Source: Rhynchopus sp. YZ270_cl-10 (taxonomy: Eukaryota). From it: a DNA stretch of 64,000 nucleotides. Below the pieces are notes generated by a model. It did no database searches. It was not told the origin of the DNA and worked only from the letters and a program-made list of their open reading frames with translations. The stretch lies in the NCBI GenBank assembly GCA_964035575.1, contig OZ037842.1, positions 930,001-994,000 of the forward strand, given 5' to 3'. The translations under genes were made by a program, and so were the position numbers. This document shows, piece by piece, positions 39,666 through 54,503 of the stretch (position 1 is the first letter of the stretch; each line of letters begins with the position of its first letter).

Positions 39666-40446
39666 TCCTTAACACTCCCTATTGATCGTGGTTGATGTAT
39701 GCAAAGATCTGAAAAGAAACGAACAGATTCCCACGAACATGTGTCAACGACACAACCAACACAACGCTACCGATGTGTGCGCAACGATCTGAACGCAACG
39801 AACGTAACCAACCGAACACAACCAACGCATCTCATCCAACACAACGGAACCGATGCGTGCGTCACTATCTGTACGCAACGAACGTAACCAACCGAACACA
39901 ACCAACGCAACGCAACCGCTCCATACGTTGCGCTCTGTACGTAACGATCTCTACACAACGAACGCAACGCATGCAACACTACGTAACCTATGTGTACGTA
40001 GCGATCTGCATGCAACGAACGCTACGTAACGAACGCAACGCAACCAACGCAACGAGTGGTTACAAACCCCCACGCATGGTTCTCACACCGCGTTGGCACG
40101 TTTCCCAAGCCGCAAACCCGGTTACCTGCCTGAAAAACCGTGTTTTTGGCCAAAACGCCTGTTTTCCCTGTAGAATCCTTAAGAATCCTTAAGGAACGCA
40201 CGGTTCCTAAGGCATTTTACACGTAAACTCGCGACACGAAAATAGGAATTAAAAACTAATCTCTCAGCGATCTGATTTAGTAAGAACTCGATTTTTGGCC
40301 CTATCTTTCCAATGCCGAAAAAATCTTACACTTTGGCGCCTCTGCGAGAAATGTCATTTTTTGGGGTACCCCGTCGGGGGTGCCAAGGGGTGGGGGGGTA
40401 CGCCACAAAAGCAACCTTAAAAACCTTAACACAGAGTGTTAAGGAA

Positions 40447-43400
40447 ATGCTTCCAAAACAACGCATCGAAAACAGCGCGATGAAACGCGTCCAAAACAGC
40501 GCGATGAAACGCGTCTAAAACAGCGCATCGAAAACAGCGCGATGAAACGCTTCCATAACAGCGCATCGAATACAGCGCGATGAAACGCTTCCATAACAGC
40601 GCATCGAATACAGCGCGATGAAACGCTTCCAAAACAGCGCATCGATAACAGCGCGATGAAACGCTTCCAAAACAGCGCATCGAAAACAGCGCGATGAAAC
40701 GCGTCCAAAACAGCGCATCGAAAACAGCGCGATGAAACGCGTCCAAAACAGCGCGATGAAACGCGTCCAAAACAGCGCGATGAAACGCGTCTAAAACAGC
40801 GCATCGAAAACAGCGCGATGAAACGCTTCCATAACAGCGCATCGAATACAGCGCGATGAAACGCGTCCAAAACAGCGCATCGATAACAGCGCGATGAAAC
40901 GCTTCCAAAACAGCGCATCGAAAACAGCGCGATGAAACGCTTCCAAAACAGCGCTTCGAAAACAGCGCGATGAAACGCTTCCATAACAGCGCATCGAATA
41001 CAGCGCGATGAAACGCGTCCAAAACAGCGCGTCCAAAACAGCGCGATGAAACGCTTCCAAAACAGCGCATCGAAAACAGCGCGATGAAACGCGTCCAAAA
41101 CAGCGCTTCGAAAACAGCGCGATGAAATGCTTCCAAAACAATGCATCGAAAACAGCGCGATGAAACGCGTCCAAAACAGCGCGATGAAACGCGTCTAAAA
41201 CAGCGCATCGAAAACAGCGCGATGAAACGCTTCCATAACAGCGCATCGAAAACAGCGCGATGAAACGCGTCCAAAACAGCGCATCGAAAACAGCGCGATG
41301 AAACGCTTCCAAAACAACGCATCGATAACAGCGCGATGAAACGCTTCCAAAACAACGCATCGAAAACAGCGCGAAGAAACGCGTCCAAAACAACGCATCG
41401 AAAACAGCGCGAAGAAACGCGTCCAAAACAGCGCATCGAAAACAGCGCGATGAAACGCTTCCATAACAGCGCATCGAAAACAGCGCGATGAAACGCGTCC
41501 AAAACAGCGCATCGAAAACAGCGCGATGAAACGCTTCCAAAACAACGCATCGATAACAGCGCGATGAAACGCTTCCAAAACAACGCATCGAAAACAGCGC
41601 GAAGAAACGCGTCCAAAACAACGCATCGAAAACAGCGCGATGAAACGCGTGCAAAACAACGCATCGATAACAGCGCGATGAAACGCGTGCAAAACAACGC
41701 ATCGAAAACAGCGCGATGAAACGCGTCCAAAACAGCGCACCGATAACAGCGCGATGAAACGCGTCCAAAACAGCGCATCGAAAACAGCGCGATGAAACGC
41801 GTGCAAAACAACGCATCGAAAACAGCGCGATGAAACGCGTCCAAAACAACGCATCGAAAACAGCGCGATGAAACGCTTCCAAAACAGCGCATCGAAAACA
41901 GCGCGATGAAACGCGTCCAAAACAGCGCACCGATAACAGCGCGATGAAACGCGTCCAAAACAGCGCATCGATACGAGCGCGATGAAACGCTTCCAAAACA
42001 GCGCATCGAAAACAGCGCGATGAAACGCGTGCAAAACAACGCATCGAAAACAGCGCGATGAAACGCGTCCAAAACAGCGCATCGATACGAGCGCGATGAA
42101 ACGCGTCCAACACAGCGCGTCGAAAACAGCGCGATGAAACGCTTCCAAAACAGCGCATCGAAAACAGCACGATGAAACGCGTCCAAAACAGCGCATCGAA
42201 AACAGCGCGATGAAACGCGTGCAAAACAACGCATCGAAAACAGCGCGATGAAACGCGTCCAAAACAACGCATCGAAAACAGCGCGATGAAACGCTTCCAA
42301 AACAGCGCACCGATAACAGCGCGATGAAACGCTTCCAAAACAGCGCATCGAAAACAGCACGATGAAACGCGTCCAAAACAGCGCATCGAAAACAGCGCGA
42401 TGAAACGCATCCAAAACAGCGCATCGAAAACAGCGCGATGAAACGCTTCCAAAACAGCGCATCGAAAACAGCGCGATGAAACGCTTCCAAAACAGCGCAT
42501 CGAAAACAGCGCGATGAAACGCGTCCAAAACAGCGCGATGAAACGCTTCCAAAACAGCGCATCGAAAACAGCGCGATGAAACGCTTCTAAAACAGCGCAT
42601 CGAAAACAGCGCGATGAAACGCTTCCAAAACAGCGCATCGAAAACAGCGCGATGAAACGCTTCCAAAACAGCGCATCGAAAACAGCGCGATGAAACGCGT
42701 CCAAAACAGCGCGATGAAACGCTTCCAAAACAGCGCATCGAAAACAGCGCGATGAAACGCTTCTAAAACAGCGCATCGAAAACAGCGCGATGAAACGCTT
42801 CTAAAACAGCGCATCGAAAACAGCGCGATGAAACGCTTCCAAAACAGCGCATCGAAAACAGCGCGATGAAACGCTTCCATAACAGCGCATCGAATACAGC
42901 GCGATGAAACGCTTCCAAAACAACGCATCGAAAACAGCGCGATGAAACGCTTCCAAAACAGCGCATCGAAAACAGCGCGATGAAACGCTTCCAAAACAGC
43001 GCATCGAAAACAGCGCGATGAAACGCGTCCAAAACAGCGCGATGAAACGCTTCCAAAACAGCGCATCGAAAACAGCGCGATGAAACGCTTCCATAACAGC
43101 GCATCGAATACAGCGCGATGAAACGCGTCCAAAACAGCGCATCGAAAACAGCGCGATGAAACGCTTCTAAAACAGCGCATCGAAAACAGCGCGATGAAAC
43201 GCTTCTAAAACAGCGCATCGAAAACAGCGCGATGAAACGCTTCCAAAACAGCGCATCGAAAACAGCGCGATGAAACGCGTCCAAAACAGCGCATCGAAAA
43301 CAGCGCGATGAAACGCGTCCAAAACAGCGCATCGAAAACAGCGCGGTGAAACGCGTCCAAAACAGCGCGATGAAACGCGTCCAAAACAGCGCGTCCAAAA

Positions 43401-46400
43401 CAGCGCGATGAAACGCGTCCAAAACAGCGCGTCCAAAACAGCGCGATGAAACGCTTCCATAACAGCGCATCGAATACAGCGCGATGAAACGCGTCCAAAA
43501 CAGCGCGTCCAAAACAGCGCGATGAAACGCTTCCAAAACAACGCATCGAAAACAGCGCGATGAAACGCGTCCAAAACAGCGCGATGAAACGCGTCTAAAA
43601 CAGCGCATCGAAAACAGCGCGATGAAACGCTTCCAAAACAACGCATCGAAAACAGCGCGATGAAACGCGTCCAAAACAGCGCGATGAAACGCGTCCAAAA
43701 CAGCGCGTCCAAAACAGCGCGATGAAACGCTTCCAAAACAACGCATCGAAAACAGCGCGATGAAACGCGTCCAAAACAGCGCGATGAAACGCGTCTAAAA
43801 CAGCGCATCGAAAACAGCGCGATGAAACGCTTCCAAAACAACGCATCGAAAACAGCGCGATGAAACGCGTCCAAAACAGCGCGATGAAACGCGTCTAAAA
43901 CAGCGCTTCGAAAACAGCGCGATGAAACGCTTCCAAAACAACGCATCGAAAACAGCGCGATGAAACGCGTCCAAAACAGCGCGATGAAACGCGTCTAAAA
44001 CAGCGCATCGAAAACAGCGCGATGAAACGCGTGCAAAACAGCGCACCGATAACAGCGCGATGAAACGCGTCCAAAACAGCGCATCGAAAACAGCGCGATG
44101 AAACGCGTCCAAAACAACGCATCGAAAACAGCGCGATGAAACGCGTCCAAAACAACGCATCGAAAACAGCGCGATGAAACGCTTCCAAAACAGCGCATCG
44201 AAAACAGCGCGATGAAACGCTTACAAAACAGCGAACCGATAACAGCGCGATGAAACGCGTCCAAAACAGCGCATCGATACGAGCGCGATGAAACGCGTCC
44301 AACACAGCGCGTCGAAAACAGCGCGATGAAACGCTTCCAAAACAACGCATCGAAAACAGCACGATGAAACGCGTCCAAAACAGCGCATCGAAAACAGCGC
44401 GATGAAACGCTTCCAAAACAGCGCATCGAAAACAGCGCGATGAAACGCTTCCAAAACAGCGCGATGAAACGCGTCTAAAACAGCGCTTCGAAAACAGCGC
44501 GATGAAATGCTTCCAAAACAACGCATCGAAAACAGCGCGATGAAACGCGTCCAAAACAGCGCGATGAAACGCGTCTAAAACAGCGCATCGAAAACAGCGC
44601 GATGAAACGCTTCCATAACAGCGCATCGAATACAGCGCGATGAAACGCGTCCAAAACAGCGCATCGATAACAGCGCGATGAAACGCGTCTAAAACAGCGC
44701 TTCGAAAACAGCGCGATGAAATGCTTCTAAAACAGCGCATCGAAAACAGCGCGATGAAACGCGTCCAAAACAGCGCGATGAAACGCGTCTAAAACAGCGC
44801 ATCGAAAACAGCGCGATGAAACGCTTCCAAAACAGCGCATCGAAAACAGCGCGATGAAACGCGTCCAAAACAGCGCGATGAAACGCTTCCAAAACAGCGC
44901 ATCGAAAACAGCGCGATGAAACGCTTCCAAAACAGCGCATCGAAAACAGCGCGATGAAACGCGTCCAAAACAGCGCGATGAAACGCTTCCAAAACAACGC
45001 ATCGAAAACAGCGCGATGAAACGCATCCAAAACAGCGCATCGAAAACAGCGCGATGAAACGCTTCCAAAACAGCGCATCGAAAACAGCGCGATGAAACGC
45101 TTCCAAAACAGCGCATCGAAAACAGCGCGATGAAACGCGTCCAAAACAGCGCGATGAAACGCTTCCAAAACAGCGCATCGAAAACAGCGCGATGAAACGC
45201 GTCCAAAACAGCGCGATGAAACGCTTCCAAAACAGCGCATCGAAAACAGCGCGATGAAACGCTTCTAAAACAGCGCATCGAAAACAGCGCGATGAAACGC
45301 TTCTAAAACAGCGCATCGAAAACAGCGCGATGAAACGCTTCCAAAACAGCGCATCGAAAACAGCGCGATGAAACGCGTCCAAAACAGCGCGATGAAACGC
45401 TTCCAAAACAGCGCATCGAAAACAGCGCGATGAAACGCTTCCAAAACAGCGCATCGAAAACAGCGCGATGAAACGCTTCCAAAACAACGCATCGAAAACA
45501 GCGCGATGAAACGCATCCAAAACAGCGCATCGAAAACAGCGCGATGAAACGCTTCCAAAACAGCGCATCGAAAACAGCGCGATGAAACGCTTCCAAAACA
45601 GCGCATCGAAAACAGCGCGATGAAACGCGTCCAAAACAGCGCGATGAAACGCTTCCAAAACAGCGCATCGAAAACAGCGCGATGAAACGCTTCCATAACA
45701 GCGCATCGAATACAGCGCGATGAAACGCGTCCAAAACAGCGCATCGAAAACAGCGCGATGAAACGCGTCCAAAACAGCGCGATGAAACGCTTCCAAAACA
45801 GCGCATCGAAAACAGCGCGATGAAACGCTTCCATAACAGCGCATCGAATACAGCGCGATGAAACGCTTCTAAAACAGCGCATCGAAAACAGCGCGATGAA
45901 ACGCTTCTAAAACAGCGCATCGAAAACAGCGCGATGAAACGCTTCCAAAACAGCGCATCGAAAACAGCGCGATGAAACGCGTCCAAAACAGCGCATCGAA
46001 AACAGCGCGATGAAACGCGTCCAAAACAGCGCATCGAAAACAGCGCGATGAAACGCGTCCAAAACACCGCATCGATAACAGCGCGATGAAACGCGTCCAA
46101 AACAGCGCGATGAAACGCGTCCAAAACAGCGCGTCCAAAACAGCGCGATGAAACGCTTCCATAACAGCGCATCGAATACAGCGCGATGAAACGCGTCCAA
46201 AACAGCGCGTCCAAAACAGCGCGATGAAACGCTTCCAAAACAGCGCTTCGAAAACAGCGCGATGAAATGCTTCCAAAACAACGCATCGAAAACAGCGCGA
46301 TGAAACGCGTCCAAAACAGCGCTTCGAAAACAGCGCGATGAAATGCTTCCAAAACAACGCATCGAAAACAGCGCGATGAAACGCGTCCAAAACAGCGCGA

Positions 46401-49400
46401 TGAAACGCGTCTAAAACAGCGCATCGAAAACAGCGCGATGAAACGCTTCTAAAACAGCGCATCGAAAACAGCGCGATGAAACGCTTCCAAAACAGCGCAT
46501 CGAAAACAGCGCGATGAAACGCGTCCAAAACAGCGCATCGAAAACAGCGCGATGAAACGCGTCCAAAACAGCGCATCGAAAACAGCGCGATGAAACGCGT
46601 CCAAAACACCGCATCGATAACAGCGCGATGAAACGCGTCCAAAACAGCGCGATGAAACGCGTCCAAAACAGCGCGTCCAAAACAGCGCGATGAAACGCTT
46701 CCATAACAGCGCGTCCAAAACAGCGCGATGAAACGCTTCCAAAACAGCGCTTCGAAAACAGCGCGATGAAATGCTTCCAAAACAACGCATCGAAAACAGC
46801 GCGATGAAACGCTTCCAAAACAGCGCATCGAAAACAGCGCGATGAAACGCGTCCAAAACAGCGCTTCGAAAACAGCGCGATGAAATGCTTCCAAAACAAC
46901 GCATCGAAAACAGCGCGATGAAACGCGTCCAAAACAGCGCGATGAAACGCGTCTAAAACAGCGCATCGAAAACAGCGCGATGAAACGCTTCCATAACAGC
47001 GCATCGAATACAGCGCGATGAAACGCGTCCAAAACAGCGCATCGAAAACAGCGGGATGAAACGCGTCCAAAACAACGCATCGATAACAGCGCGATGAAAC
47101 GCTTCCAAAACAACGCATCGAAAACAGCGCGATGAAACGCTTCCAAAACAGCGCATCGAAAACAGCGCGATGAAACGCGTCCAAAACAGCGCTTCGAAAA
47201 CAGCGCGATGAAATGCTTCCAAAACAACGCATCGAAAACAGCGCGATGAAACGCGTCCAAAACAGCGCATCGAAAACAGCGCGATGAAACGCGTCCAAAA
47301 CAACGCATCGAAAACAGCGCGATGAAACGCTTCCAAAACAGCGCATCGAAAACAGCGGGATGAAACGCTTCCAAAACAACGCATCGAAAACAGCGCGAAG
47401 AAACGCGTCCAAAACAGCGCATCGAAAACAGCGCGATGAAACGCTTCCAAAACAACGCATCGAAAACAGCGCGAAGAAACGCGTCCAAAACAACGCATCG
47501 AAAACAGCGCGATGAAACGCTTCCAAAACAGCGCATCGAAAACAGCGCGATGAAACGCTTACAAAACAGTGCACCGATAACAGCGCGATGAAACGCGTGC
47601 AAAACAACGCATCGAAAACAGCGCGATGAAACGCGTGCAAAACAACGCATCGAAAACAGCGCGATGAAACGCTTCCAAAACAGCGCATCGAAAACAGCGC
47701 GATGAAACGCTTCCAAAACAGCGCATCGAAAACAGCGCGATGAAACGCTTACAAAACAGTGCACCGATAACAGCGCGATGAAACGCGTGCAAAACAACGC
47801 ATCGATACGAGCGCGATGAAACGAGTCCAAAACAGCTCATCGAAAACAGCGCGATGAAACGCGCCCAAAACAACGCATCGAAAACAGCGCGATGAAACGC
47901 TTCCAAAACAGCGCATCGAAAACAGCGCGATGAAACGCTTACAAAACAGTGCACCGATAACAGCGCGATGAAACGCGTGCAAAACAACGCATCGAAAACA
48001 GCGCGATGAAACGCGTGCAAAACAACGCATCGAAAACAGCGCGATGAAACGCTTCCAAAACAGCGCATCGAAAACAGCGCGATGAAACGCTTCCAAAACA
48101 GCGCATCGAAAACAGCGCGATGAAACGCTTCCAAAACAGCGCATCGAAAACAGCGCGATGAAACGCTTACAAAACAGTGCACCGATAACAGCGCGATGAA
48201 ACGCGTGCAAAACAACGCATCGAAAACAGCGCGATGAAACGCGTCCAAAACAGCTCATCGAAAACAGCGCGATGAAACGCGCCCAAAACAACGCATCGAA
48301 AACAGCGCGATGAAACGCTTACAAAACAACGCATCGAAAACAGCGCGATGAAACGCGCCCAAAACAACGCATCGAAAACAGCGCGATGAAACGCTTCCAA
48401 AACAGCGCATCGAAAACAGCGCGATGAAACGCTTACAAAACAGTGCACCGATAACAGCGCGATGAAACGCGTGCAAAACAACGCATCGAAAACAGCGCGA
48501 TGAAACGCGTCCAAAACAGCTCATCGAAAACAGCGCGATGAAACGCGCCCAAAACAACGCATCGAAAACAGCGCGATGAAACGCTTACAAAACAACGCAT
48601 CGAAAACAGCGCGATGAAACGCTTACAAAACAGTGCACCGATAACAGCGCGATGAAACGCGTGCAAAACAACGCATCGAAAACAGCGCGATGAAACGCGT
48701 GCAAAACAACGCATCGAAAACAGCGCGATGAAACGCTTCCAAAACAGCGCATCGAAAACAGCGCGATGAAACGCTTCCAAAACAGCGCATCGAAAACAGC
48801 GCGATGAAACGCTTCCAAAACAGCGCATCGAAAACAGCGCGATGAAACGCTTACAAAACAGCGCATCGAAAACAGCGCGATGAAACGCTTCCATAACAGC
48901 GCATCGAAAACAGCGCGATGAAACGCGTCCAAAACAGCGCATCGAAAACAGCGCGATGAAACGCGTCCAAAACAGCGCATCGAAAACAGCGCGATGAAAC
49001 GCGTCCAAAACACCGCATCGATAACAGCGCGATGAAACGCTTCCAAAACAACGCATCGAAAACAGCGCGATGAAACGCGTCCAAAACAGCGCGTCCAAAA
49101 CAGCGCGATGAAACGCTTCCAAAACAGCGCATCGAAAACAGCGCGATGAAACGCGTCCAAAACAGCGCATCGAAAACAGCGCGATGAAACGCGTCCAAAA
49201 CAGCGCATCGAAAACAGCGCGATGAAACGCGTCCAAAACACCGCATCGATAACAGCGCGATGAAACGCTTCCAAAACAACGCATCGAAAACAGCGCGATG
49301 AAACGCGTCCAAAACAGCGCGTCCAAAACAGCGCGATGAAACGCTTCCATAACAGCGCATCGAATACAGCGCGATGAAACGCGTCCAAAACAGCGCTTCG

Positions 49401-52400
49401 AAAACAGCGCGATGAAATGCTTCCAAAACAACGCATCGAAAACAGCGCGATGAAACGCGTCCAAAACAGCGCGATGAAACGCGTCTAAAACAGCGCATCG
49501 AATACAGCGCGATGAAACGCGTCCAAAACAGCGCGTCCAAAACAGCGCGATGAAACGCTTCCAAAACAGCGCATCGAAAACAGCGCGATGAAACGCGTCC
49601 AAAACAGCGCTTCGAAAACAGCGCGATGAAATGCTTCCAAAACAACGCATCGAAAACAGCGCGATGAAACGCGTCCAAAACAGCGCGATGAAACGCGTCT
49701 AAAACAGCGCATCGAAAACAGCGCGATGAAACGCTTCCATAACAGCGCATCGAATACAGCGCGATGAAACGCGTCCAAAACAGCGCATCGAAAACAGCGG
49801 GATGAAACGCGTCCAAAACAACGCATCGATAACAGCGCGATGAAACGCTTCCAAAACAACGCATCGAAAACAGCGCGATGAAACGCGTCCAAAACAGCGC
49901 TTCGAAAACAGCGCGATGAAATGCTTCCAAAACAACGCATCGAAAACAGCGCGATGAAACGCTTCCAAAACAGCGCATCGAAAACAGCGCGATGAAACGC
50001 GTGCAAAACAACGCATCGAAAACAGCGCGATGAAACGCTTACAAAACAGTGCACCGATAACAGCGCGATGAAACGCGTGCATAACAACGCATCGAAAACA
50101 GCGCGATGAAACGCGTGCAAAACAACGCATCGAAAACAGCGCGATGAAACGCGTCCAAAACAACGCATCGAAAACATCGCGATGAAACGCTTCCAAAACA
50201 GCGCATCGAAAACAGCGCGATGAAACGCTTACAAAACAGCGCACCGATAACAGCGCGATGAAACGCGTCCAAAACAGCGCATCGAAAACAGCGCGATGAA
50301 ACGCTTCCAAAACAGCGCATCGAAAACAGCGCGATGAAACGCGTCCAACACAGCGCGTCGAAAACAGCGCGATGAAACGCTTCCAAAACAACGCATCGAA
50401 AACAGCACGATGAAACGCGTCCAAAACAGCGCATCGAAAACAGCGCGATGAAACGCATCCAAAACAGCGCATCGAAAACAGCGCGATGAAACGCGTCCAA
50501 AACAGCGCGATGAAACGCTTCCAAAACAGCGCATCGAAAACAGCGCGATGAAACGCTTCCAAAACAGCGCATCGAAAACAGCGCGATGAAACGCGTCCAA
50601 AACAGCGCGATGAAACGCTTCCAAAACAGCGCATCGAAAACAGCGCGATGAAACGCGTCCAAAACAGCGCGATGAAACGCTTCCAAAACAGCGCATCGAA
50701 AACAGCGCGATGAAACGCTTCTAAAACAGCGCATCGAAAACAGCGCGATGAAACGCTTCCAAAACAGCGCATCGAAAACAGCGCGATGAAACGCTTCCAA
50801 AACAGCGCATCGAAAACAGCGCGATGAAACGCGTCCAAAACAGCGCGATGAAACGCTTCCAAAACAGCGCATCGAAAACAGCGCGATGAAACGCTTCCAT
50901 AACAGCGCATCGAATACAGCGCGATGAAACGCGTCCAAAACAGCGCATCGAAAACAGCGCGATGAAACGCTTCTAAAACAGCGCATCGATAACAGCGCGA
51001 TGAAACGCTTCTAAAACAGCGCATCGAAAACAGCGCGATGAAACGCTTCCAAAACAGCGCATCGAAAACAGCGCGATGAAACGCGTCCAAAACAGCGCGA
51101 TGAAACGCTTCCAAAACAGCGCATCGAAAACAGCGCGATGAAACGCTTCCAAAACAGCGCATCGATAACAGCGCGATGAAACGCTTCTAAAACAGCGCAT
51201 CGAAAACAGCGCGATGAAACGCTTCCAAAACAGCGCATCGAAAACAGCGCGATGAAACGCGTCCAAAACAGCGCGATGAAACGCTTCCAAAACAGCGCAT
51301 CGAAAACAGCGCGATGAAACGCTTCCATAACAGCGCATCGAAAACAGCGCGATGAAACGCTTCTAAAACAGCGCATCGAAAACAGCGCGATGAAACGCTT
51401 CCAAAACAGCGCATCGAAAACAGCGCGATGAAACGCTTCCAAAACAGCGCATCGAAAACAGCGCGATGAAACGCGTCCAAAACAGCGCGATGAAACGCTT
51501 CCAAAACAGCGCATCGAAAACAGCGCGATGAAACGCGTCCAAAACAGCGCATCGAAAACAGCGCGATGAATCGCGTCCAAAACAGCGCATCGAAAACAGC
51601 GCGATGAAACGCGTCCAAAACAGCGCATCGAAAACAGCGCGATGAAACGCTTCCAAAACAACGCATCGAAAACAGCGCGATGAAACGCTTCCAAAACAGC
51701 GCATCGAAAACAGCGCGATGAAACGCGTGCAAAACAACGCATCGAAAACAGCGCGATGAAACGCTTCCAAAACAGCGCATCGAAAACAGCGCGATGAAAC
51801 GCTTCCAAAACAGCGCATCGAAAACAGCGCGATGAAACGCTTCCAAAACAGCGCATCGATAACAGCGCGATGAAACGCTTCCAAAACAACGCATCGAAAA
51901 CAGCGCGATGAAACGCTTCCAAAACAGCGCATCGAAAACAGCGCGATGAAACGCTTCTAAAACAGCGCATCGAAAACAGCGCGATGAAACGCGTCCAAAA
52001 CAGCGCATCGAAAACAGCGCGATGAAACGCTTCTAAAACAGCGCATCGAAAACAGCGCGATGAAACGCGTCCAAAACAGCGCATCGAAAACAGCGCGATG
52101 AAACGCGTGCAAAACAACGCATCGAAAACAGCGCGATGAAACGCGTCCAAAACAACGCATCGAAAACAGCGCGATGAAACGCTTCCAAAACAGCGCATCG
52201 AAAACAGCGCGATGAAACGCTTACAAAACAGCGAACCGATAACAGCGCGATGAAACGCGTCCAAAACAGCGCATCGATACGAGCGCGATGAAACGCGTCC
52301 AACACAGCGCGTCGAAAACAGCGCGATGAAACGCTTCCAAAACAACGCATCGAAAACAGCACGATGAAACGCGTCCAAAACAGCGCATCGCAAACAGCGC

Positions 52401-53708
52401 GATGAAACGCTTCCAAAACAGCGCATCGAAAACAGCGCGATGAAACGCTTCCAAAACAGCGCATCGAAAACAGCGCGATGAAACGCGTCCAAAACAGCGC
52501 ATCGAAAACAGCGCGATGAAACGCGTCCAAAACAGCGCATCGAAAACAGCGCGATGAAACGCGTCCAAAACACCGCATCGATAACAGCGCGATGAAACGC
52601 GTCCAAAACAGCGCGATGAAACGCGTCCAAAACAGCGCGTCCAAAACAGCGCGATGAAACGCTTCCATAACAGCGCGTCCAAAACAGCGCGATGAAACGC
52701 TTCCAAAACAGCGCTTCGAAAACAGCGCGATGAAATGCTTCCAAAACAACGCATCGAAAACAGCGCGATGAAACGCTTCCAAAACAGCGCATCGAAAACA
52801 GCGCGATGAAACGCGTCCAAAACAGCGCTTCGAAAACAGCGCGATGAAATGCTTCCAAAACAACGCATCGAAAACAGCGCGATGAAACGCGTCCAAAACA
52901 GCGCGATGAAACGCGTCTAAAACAGCGCATCGAAAACAGCGCGATGAAACGCTTCCATAACAGCGCATCGAATACAGCGCGATGAAACGCGTCCAAAACA
53001 GCGCATCGAAAACAGCGGGATGAAACGCGTCCAAAACAACGCATCGATAACAGCGCGATGAAACGCTTCCAAAACAACGCATCGAAAACAGCGCGATGAA
53101 ACGCTTCCAAAACAGCGCATCGAAAACAGCGCGATGAAACGCGTCCAAAACAGCGCTTCGAAAACAGCGCGATGAAACGCGTCCAAAACAGCGCACCGAT
53201 AACAGCGCGATGAAACGCGTCCAAAACAGCGCATCGAAAACAGCGCGATGAAACGCGTGCAAAACAACGCATCGAAAACAGCGCGATGAAACGCGTCCAA
53301 AACAACGCATCGAAAACAGCGCGATGAAACGCTTCCAAAACAGCGCATCGAAAACAGCGCGATGAAACGCGTCCAAAACAGCGCACCGATAACAGCGCGA
53401 TGAAACGCGTCCAAAACAGCGCATCGAAAACAGCGCGATGAAACGCGTGCAAAACAACGCATCGAAAACAGCGCGATGAAACGCGTCCAAAACAACGCAT
53501 CGAAAACAGCGCGATGAAACGCTTCCAAAACAGCGCATCGAAAACAGCGCGATGAAACGCGTCCAAAACAGCGCACCGATAACAGCGCGATGAAACGCGT
53601 CCAAAACAGCGCATCGATACGAGCGCGATGAAACGCTTCCAAAACAGCGCATCGAAAACAGCGCGATGAAACGCGTGCAAAACAACGCATCGAAAACAGC
53701 GCGATGAA
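40447..53708. repeat. Satellite A array (13.3 kb)
   Basis: 38-bp tandem units with higher-order blocks. Confidence 0.98.
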
Positions 53709-54503
53709 TTTAGTTTTGCTAATCCTTAACACTCCCTATTGATCGTGGTTGATGTATGCAAAGATCTGAAAAGAAACGAACAGATTCCCACGAACATGTG
53801 TCAACGACACAACCAACACAACGCTACCGATGTGTGCGCAACGATCTGAACGCAACGAACGTAACCAACCGAACACAACCAACGCATCTCATCCAACACA
53901 ACGGAACCGATGCGTGCGTCACTATCTGTACGCAACGAACGTAACCAACCGAACACAACCAACGCAACGCAACCGCTCCATACGTTGCGCTCTGTACGTA
54001 ACGATCTCTACACAACGAACGCAACGCATGCAACACTACGTAACCTATGTGTACGTAGCGATCTGCATGCAACGAACGCTACGTAACGAACGCAACGCAA
54101 CCAACGCAACGAGTGGTTACAAACCCCCACGCATGGTTCTCACACCGCGTTGGCACGTTTCCCAAGCCGCAAACCCGGTTACCTGCCTGAAAAACCGTGT
54201 TTTTGGCCAAAACGCCTGTTTTCCCTGTAGAATCCTTAAGAATCCTTAAGGAACGCACGGTTCCTAAGGCATTTTACACGTAAACTCGCGACACGAAAAT
54301 AGGAATTAAAAACTAATCTCTCAGCGATCTGATTTAGTAAGAACTCGATTTTTGGCCCTATCTTTCCAATGCCGAAAAAATCTTACACTTTGGCGCCTCT
54401 GCGAGAAATGTCATTTTTTGGGGTACCCCGTCGGGGGTGCCAAGGGGTGGGGGGGTACGCCACAAAAGCAACCTTAAAAACCTTAACACAGAGTGTTAAG
54501 GAA
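53709..54503 (-). mobile_element. Subfamily C element, intact (795 bp)
   Basis: Matches 7932-8726 including the junctions. Confidence 0.75.

Larger units (their letters stand above)
37908..40446 (-). mobile_element. Subfamily C element split by insertions (tail 37908-37921, body 39666-40446)
   Basis: Same tail/body split as the other filled copies. Confidence 0.8.
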
